Below, one piece after another: positions 12,271 to 23,816 of a stretch of 64,000 bases of DNA. This DNA is from Octopus bimaculoides (Eukaryota). Location of the stretch: contig NC_068982.1 of NCBI RefSeq assembly GCF_001194135.2, forward strand, positions 64,850,686-64,914,685. Direction: 5' to 3'. The first letter of the stretch is position 1; each line of letters starts with the position of its first letter. Under the pieces are notes generated by a model that saw only the letters and a list, made by a program, of their open reading frames with translations, made no database searches and had not been told where the DNA came from. The translations under genes were made by a program, and so were the position numbers.

Positions 12271-12696
12271 ATGGCGTCTAGCTCAGTTAGTCAGGAAAGC
12301 TTAGACAGAGAGGACATTGATATTAGCAACCGAAGGTATAAGGTGCGTATGAGTCGGCCAAGGGTCGCAGCCAACAAAGGAGACAAAGAAGGAATCGGTG
12401 ACCATTCCGTCGACACGCTTAGGGATCAGAATGGAGACCGCACAGACCACTATTCCGGTACGGTCGGTGACGATTTGGAAGGAGTAAATCGTGTCATGGG
12501 GTCTCCGGCTACTAGCAGTACAACTACTACCATCGGGGGAGTTGACCATGAATCTCCCACCCGGGCCGCATCATCCAGGGCTAAAGACAAACGCACTCGG
12601 CCAAATCATTTACATAAAGGGAAACCGCCAAAGGATAAAAGGAAACTCCGCGAGAAACGTCGGAGCACAGGTGTGGTCCATCTACCTTCTACTGAG
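12271..12696 (+). CDS. PAWR: PRKC apoptosis WT1 regulator (Par-4) homologue, first coding exon (142 codons, partial CDS)
   Basis: Translation ends KGKPPKDKRKLREKRRSTGVVHLPSTE, matching the Par-4 NLS2/SAC core KRKLREKRRSTGVVNIPAAE. Good start context acaatcATGG. Phase-0 donor GAG|GTTGGT at 12696/12697. The ORF read-through to 12729 is intronic. Confidence 0.9.
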
Positions 12697-13109
12697 GTTG
12701 GTATCGGTTTTCTTTCTTCTTTATTATAACCCTTAACCCCCGCCCCCCCCCAAGCAAGACTTCTAAATCAAAAATACTTTCTATCTACGAGATTCACTTT
12801 TCAGATTAATTGTCACAGCAACAGTTTCTCGTCTCAGATTTCTCAGCCGAGAAGAAAAGGGGACGGGGGTGAAAACACCTGCAAGATTTTCTTCCTACCT
12901 GTTTGTTAATAATTTTACATTTCACATTATTTGATAACCGTTGCTAATGAGATATTTCTTCTCCAATTATTATTATTTTTTTTATTGACATGGAATATTA
13001 CTGAAGAAAAGAATTAAAGCTTGGAGAAGAAAAAAAAAGACAGCTGTAAATAATTATCAACAATGAAACACGTATACACGTGCGTTTGTGTGTGTATATG
13101 TTTGTGTGT

Positions 13110-13265
13110 GTGTGTGTGTGTTGTTGTGTCGTAAGAATTTACTTCCTATTCACAATTCCGGGTTCAGTCCAACTGCGTGGCACCGTGCAAATGTATTCTA
13201 CTGTAGCCCTGGACCAACCAATGCCTTGTGAATGGAACTGTAGACAGAAATTGAAAGCCCACAAT

Positions 13266-13306
<41 letters not shown>

Positions 13307-13625
13307 TTATTATATAACTTAATGACCATAAACCAACGACTACGTAATACATATATAGACTTTTGACAATCCTTCGATATTGGTACACGACGTCATTCTC
13401 CCATACAACATTCTCTCATGACATAAAGAGGCTAGGCTGAAAGAGAGCCAGATACTGTGTCCTTGTCTATCGTTTGACTACCAGTGTTGGTTTGTTTACG
13501 TCCCTGTAATTAGTGGTTCGGCAAAAAGAATCCGATAGAATGGGTAGATTTGCTGTTTAATTAAACTCTTCAGTGCGGTGCTCCAGCGTGACCGCAATCT
13601 AATGACTGAAACAAATAAAAGATTT
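13110..13625 (+). mobile_element. Degenerate SINE family A
   Basis: Head gggttcagtccaactgcgtggcacc and tail gcggtgctccagcgtgaccgcaatctaatgactgaaacaaataaaaga. Confidence 0.7.
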
Positions 13626-13637
13626 TACACACACACA

Positions 13638-13695
<58 letters not shown>

Positions 13696-13876
13696 NNNNN
13701 NNNNNNNNNNNNNNNNNNNNNNNNNNNNNNNNNNNNNNNNNNNNNNNNNNNNNNNNNNNNNNNNNNNNNNNNNNNNNNNNNNNNNNNNNNNNNNNNNNNN
13801 NNNNNNNNNNNNNNNNNNNNNNNNNNNNNNNNNNNNNNNNNNNNNNNNNNNNNNNNNNNNNNNNNNNNNNNNNNNN

Positions 13877-13913
<37 letters not shown>

Positions 13914-14437
13914 TTATATATGGCATGCCGGACTAATTCTGTAAGTGTAAGGTCTCCTATTCTTGGTACCTTGGGGAAAAATTTTTTTTGCTATATAGCA
14001 GCAGGTTGACTCCCAAACCTTGTAAGCGAAATTGGTTAAACGGAAACAGTTCTGTTGATGCTACCTATAATCCATAGGATAGTCCTGTCACTGAGTCTAC
14101 CCGAGGGTTACATTAAAAATACACGTGTCTGTATAATATTACCTAAGCGCTAATACGATCAGATCAAACTATTTGAAATCGACGATTTAAATTTTTATTT
14201 CAACCTGCGTTGTCAAGCTTTTACTTCACTGTGCTAAAAAGATATAACTACATGATATTTTCATATATCGCGCACTATAAAATTTAAATAATAAGGGTGA
14301 TAAATTGGATATTAATTTAATTAACACCAATTTAAAACCAGTGGCCTAGCATAAATAAAATTCTGAAAATTCAGAAAAAATTATATTACATACATGTGAG
14401 AAGGGATCATCCCTTTTCACACACACACATACATACA

Positions 14438-14493
<56 letters not shown>

Positions 14494-14558
14494 AAAGATA
14501 AAAACTTACTTGGAGAAGGATGCGTGGCGTTCAATCATATAATAATATAAATATATGC

Positions 14559-14609
<51 letters not shown>

Positions 14610-16807
14610 GTATATAGGGAGGCAATCATTAATATACTATATGCGCACATAATCAGAACAAACGTGGATTTAAATAATCGAACATAGAGCTCATTATACA
14701 CATACGCACTGACATGTTTGTGAACTCATAAAATATTTTAAAGGAAATGATTAAATTGAAATACAGTTTTAAATTTGGGTGTTGGTTTTATTTCTAGTCA
14801 TTTATTTGTCCTTCCTCCGCTTATCTGCCATGTCAAGTTTTGACTCGTTTAAACCTGTCGTTAGTTTTCATTTTTTTTAAACCTGAAGATTGTTGATTCC
14901 CCTCTCCCCGCGATATACTGACTAATTCTTCTAGCTGTGTTGAATGCATGATAACACTTGCACCCTTTCTTTTCTTGTATTTTACTTCCTATTTTGTCTC
15001 TCCTTTGTTTTGTGTCGCTATCGTTTGCACATACGCGCGTAAATTTTCTCCGTTCATACACCTGTTTTTTTAATATTTCACTCTCTCCTTTTCTCACATG
15101 CTTTCCTTATGTCTCATTTCTCTTTATCGTCTCCAATACATAATTTTCTTCTTTCTTCTCTTCCCTCCTAATACCCTTTCTCTCTCACTCATTCTCTCCG
15201 TCTTTTTCATTCACGTTTTCTTTTACGCTTTCTAACATGCACACTTTGTGTCATTCTGTTTTGCACGGCCCCTCCTTTACCTCTGACACGATCTTTCTAC
15301 ATTTAACGGCTATTCTGGACATTATATATATGCTTCTTTCTCTCACTGACCCTCCTGTTCCCTCTCACCACCACTATTATCACCTTCTCTTGATTTCACT
15401 ATGGACGAATGATTTATTATACTCTTCTTTACTCTGGCCATGACTTGATTCATTAATCTGTTTTTCAAAATCTATCGATTCCTGTCCATTTCGTAGATCA
15501 ACTGAAAGCGTGCGCACGCGCGCCCACAAACACACACCTACTCTCACATCTTCCACCTTCACGTACATTAGCTTACTATTGTTGCGTCGGCATTATGTTT
15601 AGAGGACACAGAATGTGTTACTCCAAATATCTTAACCTAACTCATTCTTTAAACAGAAACACGTCCATATGTGTATATATGTGAGTGTGTGTGTATGCGT
15701 TAACCTTGATTGGAACCTACATGTAAAGGTTTCGTACATTCATCCTTGCCCTGTCAGCTGTACTCAAACCTTTAAGTATGGGTTTGTAATCTTGGTTACT
15801 ATATACACATTAGATTCCACACGCTACCAGTATAATGTTTATTGCATGAAACCGTTAGACATGAGTTTGGAATTCTGGTTGCTACATACGCAGAATTAAC
15901 TATACTTTACTATTACAAGACTGTGTTGAGTTCTTTCTGCAATGAGACTCTCGCGTGTGTGTGTGTGTGTGCATCTTTCTAAAAACAAGTGTTTGTGTTG
16001 CAGCCTTATGTAGCCTGCTACCTAACAGTTCAGCAAAGCGCGACCGATAAAATATTGAATTTTATCGGTAACACGGGTCAAATGCTTGGATGTGGAACCA
16101 CAGCATGGCTGCTCTTCAATGACGAACCAATAAAAGATTACTCCCACCCACTCTTGTCTAATGCGAGTAGCCATGTATCTCTTCTAGAGTCACAAATCTG
16201 TTGCGACTTCTTCCTCCACACTCTAACGTCTAACCTCTTACAGCAATCACGTGATATGAAGACAAGGAGACACTAACTCTCTCTCATGCATGTACGTATG
16301 CACGTACGTACGTACATACATACCAAGCTTTTAGTTTTTGTTTACCAAATTTACTCACAAGGCTTTGGTCGGCCTAGGGTTATAGTAGAAAACCCTTGCC
16401 TGAAGTGCCAGTGGAGCTGAACACAGAACCACACAGGTATGCCTGTACATATGATATAGATTTGTCACACACGTAAGGCAAGGTTTTGGACAATACAGCG
16501 TTATGGCCAAATATACTTTTAGAAGATTCTAAAGAAATGGACTGGTTTAAATGATACTTCATGCTTTCAGATGATCATGTACTACTATTTATCAAGTACC
16601 AAGAGGGTCTGGTTTAATTACTTATAGTAAAACATCACAACAACCAAATTCACTAAAATCACACTATCATCTTAAAAAGAAGGACACATACAAGACAGGA
16701 TGGTCATGGATTGGAATGACTATCCAGTCATTCCAGCTATGGCCAGCTTTCTCCTTATCCATGCCTGCCCAATCAAGACTGAAGTTTCTTTTATAACAGA
16801 GGTTTCT

Positions 16808-17198
16808 TTTACTCTTTTACTTGTTTCAGTCATTTGACTGTGGCCATGCCGGAGCACCACCTTTAGTCGAGCAAATCGACCCCAGGACTTATTCTTTGTA
16901 AGCCTAGTACTTATTATATCGGACTCTTTTGCTGAACCGCTAAGTTACAAGGACGTAAACACACCAGCATCGGTTGTCAAGCAATGCTGGGGGGGACAAA
17001 CACAGACGCACAAACACACACACACACACATATATATACATACACATATATACGACAGGCTTCTTTCAGTTTCCATCTACCAAATCCACTCACAAGCTTT
17101 GGTTGGCCCGAGGCTATAGTAGAAGACACGCAGTGGACTGAACCCGGAACCATGTGGTTGATAAGCAAGCTACTTACCACACAGCCACTCCTGCGCCT
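16808..17198 (-). mobile_element. SINE family A, near full length
   Basis: Reverse complement of the head, body and tail consensus. Confidence 0.9.
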
Positions 17199-17444
17199 AT
17201 GTTTATTACAGTTTTTTTTTTTTTTGTGGGAGCAGTGTTGGTGGGATGATCTTTGGCTTCTATTAATCTAGGATATTTGTCTATATAGCTTAATGTTGTA
17301 AGCATCATGCCATATATAGTTCAGGGGAAATTCTTATAAATGCTTCTAAATTGGATTGCAGTATATCAGTAAACTTTTAAATACTTAATTCTCTGAAGTC
17401 TTAACACATTAAAAACAAAACTACTCAATATATATCTTTTCTAC

Positions 17445-17653
17445 TTTAGGCACAAGGCCCGAAATTTTTGAGGAGGGGGTGCCAGTCGATTAGATCAACC
17501 GCAGTATGCAATTGGTACTTAATTTATCGACCCCCCCAAAAGGATGAAAGCAAAGTTGACCTCGGCAGAATTTAAACTCAGAACGTAAAGACAGATGAAA
17601 TGCTGCTAGGCATTTCGCCCGGCATGCTTACGTTTCTGCCAGCTCGCCGCCTT
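17445..17653 (-). mobile_element. SINE family D
   Basis: Reverse match to the D consensus (see 41606-41835). Confidence 0.85.
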
Positions 17654-18559
17654 CCAGTCAATATATGTCAGGCCATGAGTCATGTTGGTTATTGAATCTC
17701 TCTCTGCCATTCCAGCGATTGATCTAATAAATTGTCATTTAACCAACACCACACATCTCTTTCATAATGGGACTGCTGAAACTACTAGTTTTGATGATTG
17801 TAGACAACGGGACAAATTTAGGAGAGTATCTAGTCAATTATGTCATTCTCAGTACTTGGGTTTTATGGTTTATTTTATTGACCCGTGGCAGGATGAAAGG
17901 CAAAGTCAACATGAACAAGGATCAAAGTCAAAATAAGGAGATGTGACTATATTCTAGCATTTTGTCCAATGCTTATCTATCTTTAGAAGACTAAATGATT
18001 ATATGAGATAAAAGTTTGTTTTTTCAACATTTGTCATGTAACTTCCTACAGTAACTATGAGTGAACTCCAGCCCTGACAATAACACAGGAATGGCAACAC
18101 TTTGTATCCAATATATTCTTCTCCTCCCTGGCCCAATTCTTATTTCCTTCACTTGTCCCCAAACTTAAATTCACCATTGACTATGATCTCTCCCTTGTTT
18201 GCTGTTCTCTGCATCCTCTGTATTGCTATATTCCTTACCTCTACCCATCTGTCAATCACATCACACTTTTGCAAATGTACCTGATTCTCTGTCCCTATCC
18301 CTTCCACCTGTTCCCCTGTCTCCATTCACCCTTGTGTACCTTGAGGGTCCATCTTGATACCTCATTAATACTATCGTCTTACCTTTTCCAGCTGGGATAG
18401 CCATGTATCTCCTCTGTGGTGAGACGGTAATTGAAAGAAGCCCATTGAATGTGTGTGTGCATGAGTGGTTATTATTATTTGGTTAGTTTGTTGTTGGATT
18501 ATACTGGGACTGTTAGCTGCATTGACATTGAATTTCTGAATGTTACTGTATTAGATATC

Positions 18560-18561
<2 letters not shown>

Positions 18562-18614
<53 letters not shown>

Positions 18615-18705
18615 NNNNNNNNNNNNNNNNNNNNNNNNNNNNNNNNNNNNNNNNNNNNNNNNNNNNNNNNNNNNNNNNNNNNNNNNNNNNNNNNNNNNNN
18701 NNNNN

Positions 18706-18756
<51 letters not shown>
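18562..18756. repeat. (CT)n microsatellite spanning a gap
   Basis: Directly visible. Confidence 0.95.
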
Positions 18757-18765
<9 letters not shown>

Positions 18766-19224
18766 TATTTTATGCATATTTGCCAATATACCAAATCATT
18801 ATTTAACTATGTTCCCCACCAACTTCCTATAATCTCTCTATGCACCTTGTACCTTGAGGGTATGTCCTGATAGTTCTTCTCCACCATCCTTTTTTTCCTT
18901 TCCTGCTGTGGTACCTATGTATCTCTTCTACAAGACACCAGTTCCCGTCCCTCATTCCTACTTTGGACTCTGAACACCTGGTACAAAGCTACCTACTACA
19001 ATACTAGCTGCCCACTTCACTCTAGGAAGGAATTTTGTCTTGTGTATTACTTGGTGACCCCTATTTGTGCTGCTTATACCATGAAAAATGCACCTAGTGC
19101 ACTCTGTAATGTGTTTGATGTTAAGAAGGCCACCTGGCTGTAGAAACCTTGCCAAAGTAGATGTTGGGCTAGCTGGAGTCTTTCGAACAGTCTAGCCCAT
19201 GCCTGCATGAAACCTGGATATTAA

Positions 19225-19447
19225 CCCTTTAGCATTTACACCAGCCACATCTGGCCAAGATATGGCTCCCTGTTTTATACTCAAACTGATCAAATCCAGC
19301 CTTTCACATCTACCCTACAATGTAAGTCCAAAAAATCTACAGCCACATAGACTGAAATCTCAAGGCTACAGGATAATGCAGGAAAAATTCAAAACAATGT
19401 AAATAAATAAGTGTTATATTTGAAAGCGTTATTTGAATGCTAAAGGG
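19225..19447. mobile_element. piggyBac-type MITE
   Basis: TTAA TSDs (19221-19224, 19448-19451) and perfect 12-bp TIRs CCCTTTAGCATT / AATGCTAAAGGG. Isolated ends also occur near 25213 and 61283. Confidence 0.85.
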
Positions 19448-21711
19448 TTAAATGATGATGTTGATGATGATATCCCTCTACAGTCTGAATTTGAATCCTG
19501 CTTGCTTCATATTAACTTTCCATCTCTGCAAGATCAATAAAATTAGTTTCAGTAATGTACTGGAGTTAAGTTCAGAACATTAACCCTATCTCTTATAAAT
19601 TTATGAGTGGCCTTATAGCAAAGGGAATAAACATTATTTATATACACTGATTTTACTCTATAATAATACATTTCAGACATCTAAAATAGAGAAAGAAGAC
19701 TGAAGACTACTATATAATACTGCATGTATGTACACATACACACACGATTACAGACTCATAACTGGATATACTCCTGCACATAGTTGCATATACACACTCA
19801 CATAATGATAGATCCCCCACTAGTTCCACCTACAAGCATTCAGTTGTTTGGTAATCTGAACTACCAACTTATTAAATTAACGTACAAGTGGCTGAATATT
19901 CCACATACATATGTACCATTCATGTAATTCCTGTACTCAGTTAGTATAACACAATATGTGACAAGGCTAGATCTTTTAATTACAAATACAATCCCAACAG
20001 TTTCCATCCAACCATTTTCACTCATATACTTTGGGTTGACCTGAAGCTATTTCAAAAGACAATTGCTCAACATGCTATACTGCTGGATTGAGCCGGGGAC
20101 CTTACGAATAGGAAATGAACTTGTTTAACTACTCGGCCATGCATATGATTACATAAACATACCTGATTGCAGATACATAAATATTACAAGCTCACACATT
20201 TGATTATATATGTACACTATTGACATGAGTGTGGCTATATGGTTAAAACTTTGCTTCCCAACCACATAGTTTCAGGTTCAGTCCCACTGTGTGGTACTTG
20301 GGGAAAATGTCTTCTACTATAGTTCCAAGTTGACTAAAACCTTGCGAGTAGATTCTTAACCACACAGCCATCCCTCTCATTATCTTTACATTCATATTTG
20401 CTGACATTGGTTGAATATGCCTGCAATACAACATCCTGCTCTATATCTAAATCCTGCATTATATTGATGTGTATATGTAAAATATACATGTATACATATA
20501 TCATAAGACATACAGTGTATTTGATTACTTTTGATTATTTTTTTAATTCTATAATATTGAACACAATGTTGATTTACTGAAAAAACACCTATTCATTCTA
20601 GTATGCAGTCATTAAAGCTAAACGCAGGCTATGTAAGAGGGCTATAGTAGCCTGTATTACTGCAAAACTTAAATAAATATAGAAAAACATTGAAGTTTTT
20701 TTGTAAAGATATTCAGCTGTTTCCCATTATCTCCATGCTTGAAAATGAAATTGTCAGAGAGTATTGGATTAAATACTTTGTAGAATGATGCTTGGTGCCC
20801 CATGCATCTGAGTTCAAATTCTACTTAGCAGGGTTCACTCTACAATCAGTAATTAATTGAGTTGTAAAATTTAGACATAAATAAATAATACCCCCCCCCC
20901 CCCAAGGAAATGTTAAAGATGGGATGGGCACATTTGGAACACTTTGGATTATTCTCTGCTGACCTGGGGCTAAATAGTAACAACTTTGATATACTGCAGA
21001 GATGACATTTATAACATAGAGCAATTGTCTTTTATGACTGTGCTTTAGTTAATTATTAAAATTAATTTTATATTGGAATTGGTGAATAATAGTGTCATTG
21101 ATTGCAGGTTTCCAATGGCCTTATCACTGTATTTTTGACAGGGAAGGTGACAAGGAACTATCTATAAACTGAGGCAGAACAAATATCATATGAGACTTTG
21201 CTCAAAAAGCACCAGTTTTTCTGTTTTACTTGCTAATGTTAACATACATTTATGACAAGATATACATATATACTTATATGTGTTTATTGTTATTGCTTTA
21301 AGGTATTCTTTTCCATGTTTGTATGGGTCAGACAGAATTCATTGAGGCAGATTTTTCTATGGCAGGATGCTCTACCTCACCTGTTTCCAAATATAATATT
21401 CCCCCATCATCAGCCATCATCATTATCATTTAATGTCTGTTTTCCATACTGGCATGGGTTAAATGGTTTGACAGGGTCTGGCAACCCAGAAAACTGCATC
21501 ATGCTTCACCGTCTATTTTGGCATGCTTTTTACAGCTGGATGCCCTTTCTAATGTCAACCACCTTACAAAGTTGACTGAGTGCTTTTTATGTGGCACCAA
21601 CACAGGCGAGGTCTGTTTCAGCATGGTTTTTATGGCTGCACAGAAGACTGGAAATATGAAGGAGTCTGCTTGTATGACAGTGATTCTCATTTATAACTAT
21701 CTGATCATGCA

Positions 21712-22197
21712 GTGAAATCGAACCTGAAACTAAACTTCTTGTCTACACTGATACACTCCTTGGAGAGAAGGCGGGAGAGGTATGCAGTAATATACATCTG
21801 GAATATCCTGGAAGGAATTGTGCCAAATTTTGGCATTGAAAGCTACACCAATGCCAGAACGGGACGACACTGCACAGTGTCAAAGATCCCAGCAACACCA
21901 TCGCACTTCAGGATCAGTTACTGCAACAGCTTGGGTTTCAGGGGCACACAGCTTTTTAATATTCTCCCAAAGGGCATGAGGAACCTGCACAAAGATGTAG
22001 GCGTTTTTAAATCAAAGCTGGACCTCTTCCTGTCGAGAGTCCCAGATGAACCTACCTCACGGCAAGAAGTGCAAATGAGGGTAGCTACATCAAACTCCAT
22101 TCTTCACCAAGTGGCACATATTGGAGGAGGATCTCAGTAATAAAAGTGTAGCAAAACGATGGTGCATCAGCATGGCAGCAGCTCTGAGCTGAGACTG

Positions 22198-22228
<31 letters not shown>
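21712..22228 (+). mobile_element. 5'-truncated CR1/L2-group LINE 3' end with poly(A)
   Basis: SLERRRERYAVIYIWNILEGIVPN...LFNILPK...FKSKLDLFLSRVPDEP...SNSIL C-terminus, stop at 22140, short 3'UTR, A-run 22202-22228. Confidence 0.85.
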
Positions 22229-22229
<1 letters not shown>

Positions 22230-22247
22230 TTATATATATAATATTAG

Positions 22248-23712
22248 TTTTTGTATGTGGCAGATGTTCAGGTGCAATAAACACTGAAAATGTGCAGAAA
22301 ACAACTTCTGCCACATTCCAGGGAGAAAAACTGGGCGTAGTTGACAGCTTCCGATATCTGGGTGACCAAGTTAGTAGTGGGGGAGGGTGCACTGAAAGAA
22401 TAAGAATAAGAATAGCCTGCTAGAATAAGAATAGCCTGCTAGAATAAGAATAGCCTGCTAGAATAAGAATAGCCTGGGCAAAGTTCAGAGAGCTCTTACC
22501 TCTGCTGGCAACAAAGGGCGTCTCTCTCAGAGTAAAAGGCAGACTGTATGACGCATGTGTCTGAACAGCTATGCTACATGTCAGTGAAACATGGGCTGTG
22601 ACTGCTGAGGACATGCGTAAGCTCGCAAGGAATGAAGCCAGTATACTCCAATGAATGAGTAATGTCAGTGTGCATACCCGACAGAGTGTAATTATCTTGA
22701 GAGAAAAGTTGAACCTAAGAAGCATCAGTTGTGGTGTGCAAAAGAGACGACTGCGCTGGTATGGGCATGTGGCGAGAATGGATGAGGATAGCTGTGTGAA
22801 AAAATTCCACACCCTAGCAGTTGAGGGAACCCATGGAAAAGGCAGGCCCGGGAAGACCTGGGATGAGGTGGTGAAGCATGACCTCCGAACATTAGGCCTC
22901 ACCGAGGCAATGACTTCTGACTGAGACCTTTGGAAATATGCTGTGCGTGAGAAGACCTGGCAAGCCAAGTGAGACCAAAATCCAAGGCCTTTGCCAGGGA
23001 TGTAGCCAGCCCACTTACGCATAACATTCCTTCATTGGACACTAAACTCCGCTTGCGAAGACCTGTTGAGGCAAGTGAAATCGAAATTGAATTAAATTTG
23101 TAGACTGGCACCCATGCCAACGTCTCTTCATTGAACACTAAACTCGGCTTGCGAAGACCTGTTGGGGTAAGCGAAAGTGAAATCGTGATGGCACCTGTAC
23201 CAATAGATCACTAAGAGCACCGTCCGAGCATGATCGTTGCCAGAGTACCAGCTGTCTGGCTTCCATGCCGGTGGCACGTAAATAGCACCATTTGAGCGTG
23301 ATCGTTACCAACGTCGCCTTCCTGGCACTTGTGCCAGTGGCACGTGAAAAGACATTCGAGTGAGTTCGNNNNNNNNNNTCCTGGCACTTGTGCCAGTGGC
23401 ACGTGAAAAGACATTCGAGTGAGTTCGTTGCCAGTAGCGCTGGACTGGCTCCTGTGCAGGTGGCACATAAAATACACCATTTTGAGCGTGGTCGTTGCCA
23501 CTAACAGCTGACTGGCATTTGTGCCGGTGGCACGTAAAAGCACCTGCTACACTCTTGCAGTGGTTGGCGTTAAGAAGGGCATCCAGCTGTAGAAACTCTG
23601 CCAAATCAGATTGGAGCCTGGTGTAGCCATCTGGTTCACCAGTCCTCAGTCAAATCGTCCAACCCATGCTAGCATGGAAAGCGGACGTTAAACGATGATG
23701 ATGATGATGACG
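22248..23712 (+). mobile_element. 5'-truncated RTE-clade LINE (ORF C-terminus plus long 3'UTR, (GAT)n tail)
   Basis: CGRCSGAIN...VVDSFRYLGDQV...AWAKFRELLPLL...RRLRWYGHVARMDEDSCVKK...GRPGKTWDEVVKHDL. Internal stops. 3'UTR ends ggacgttaaacgatgatgatg. Confidence 0.9.
22398..22478 (+). repeat. 19-bp tandem repeat (tagaataagaatagcctgc) x about 4 within the RTE fragment
   Basis: Directly visible. Confidence 0.9.
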
Positions 23713-23733
23713 ACCATAAATATGTATATATTT

Positions 23734-23816
<83 letters not shown>

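Noticed and set aside
12697-12729. ORF-track C-terminus VGIGFLSSLL* as the true end of the protein
   Set aside because: Par-4 continues to a leucine zipper. A GT donor at 12697 explains this as intron read-through.
23320-23430. Duplicated ~50-bp RTE 3'UTR unit
   Set aside because: It also flanks a 10-N gap with identical sequence, so it is an assembly artefact.
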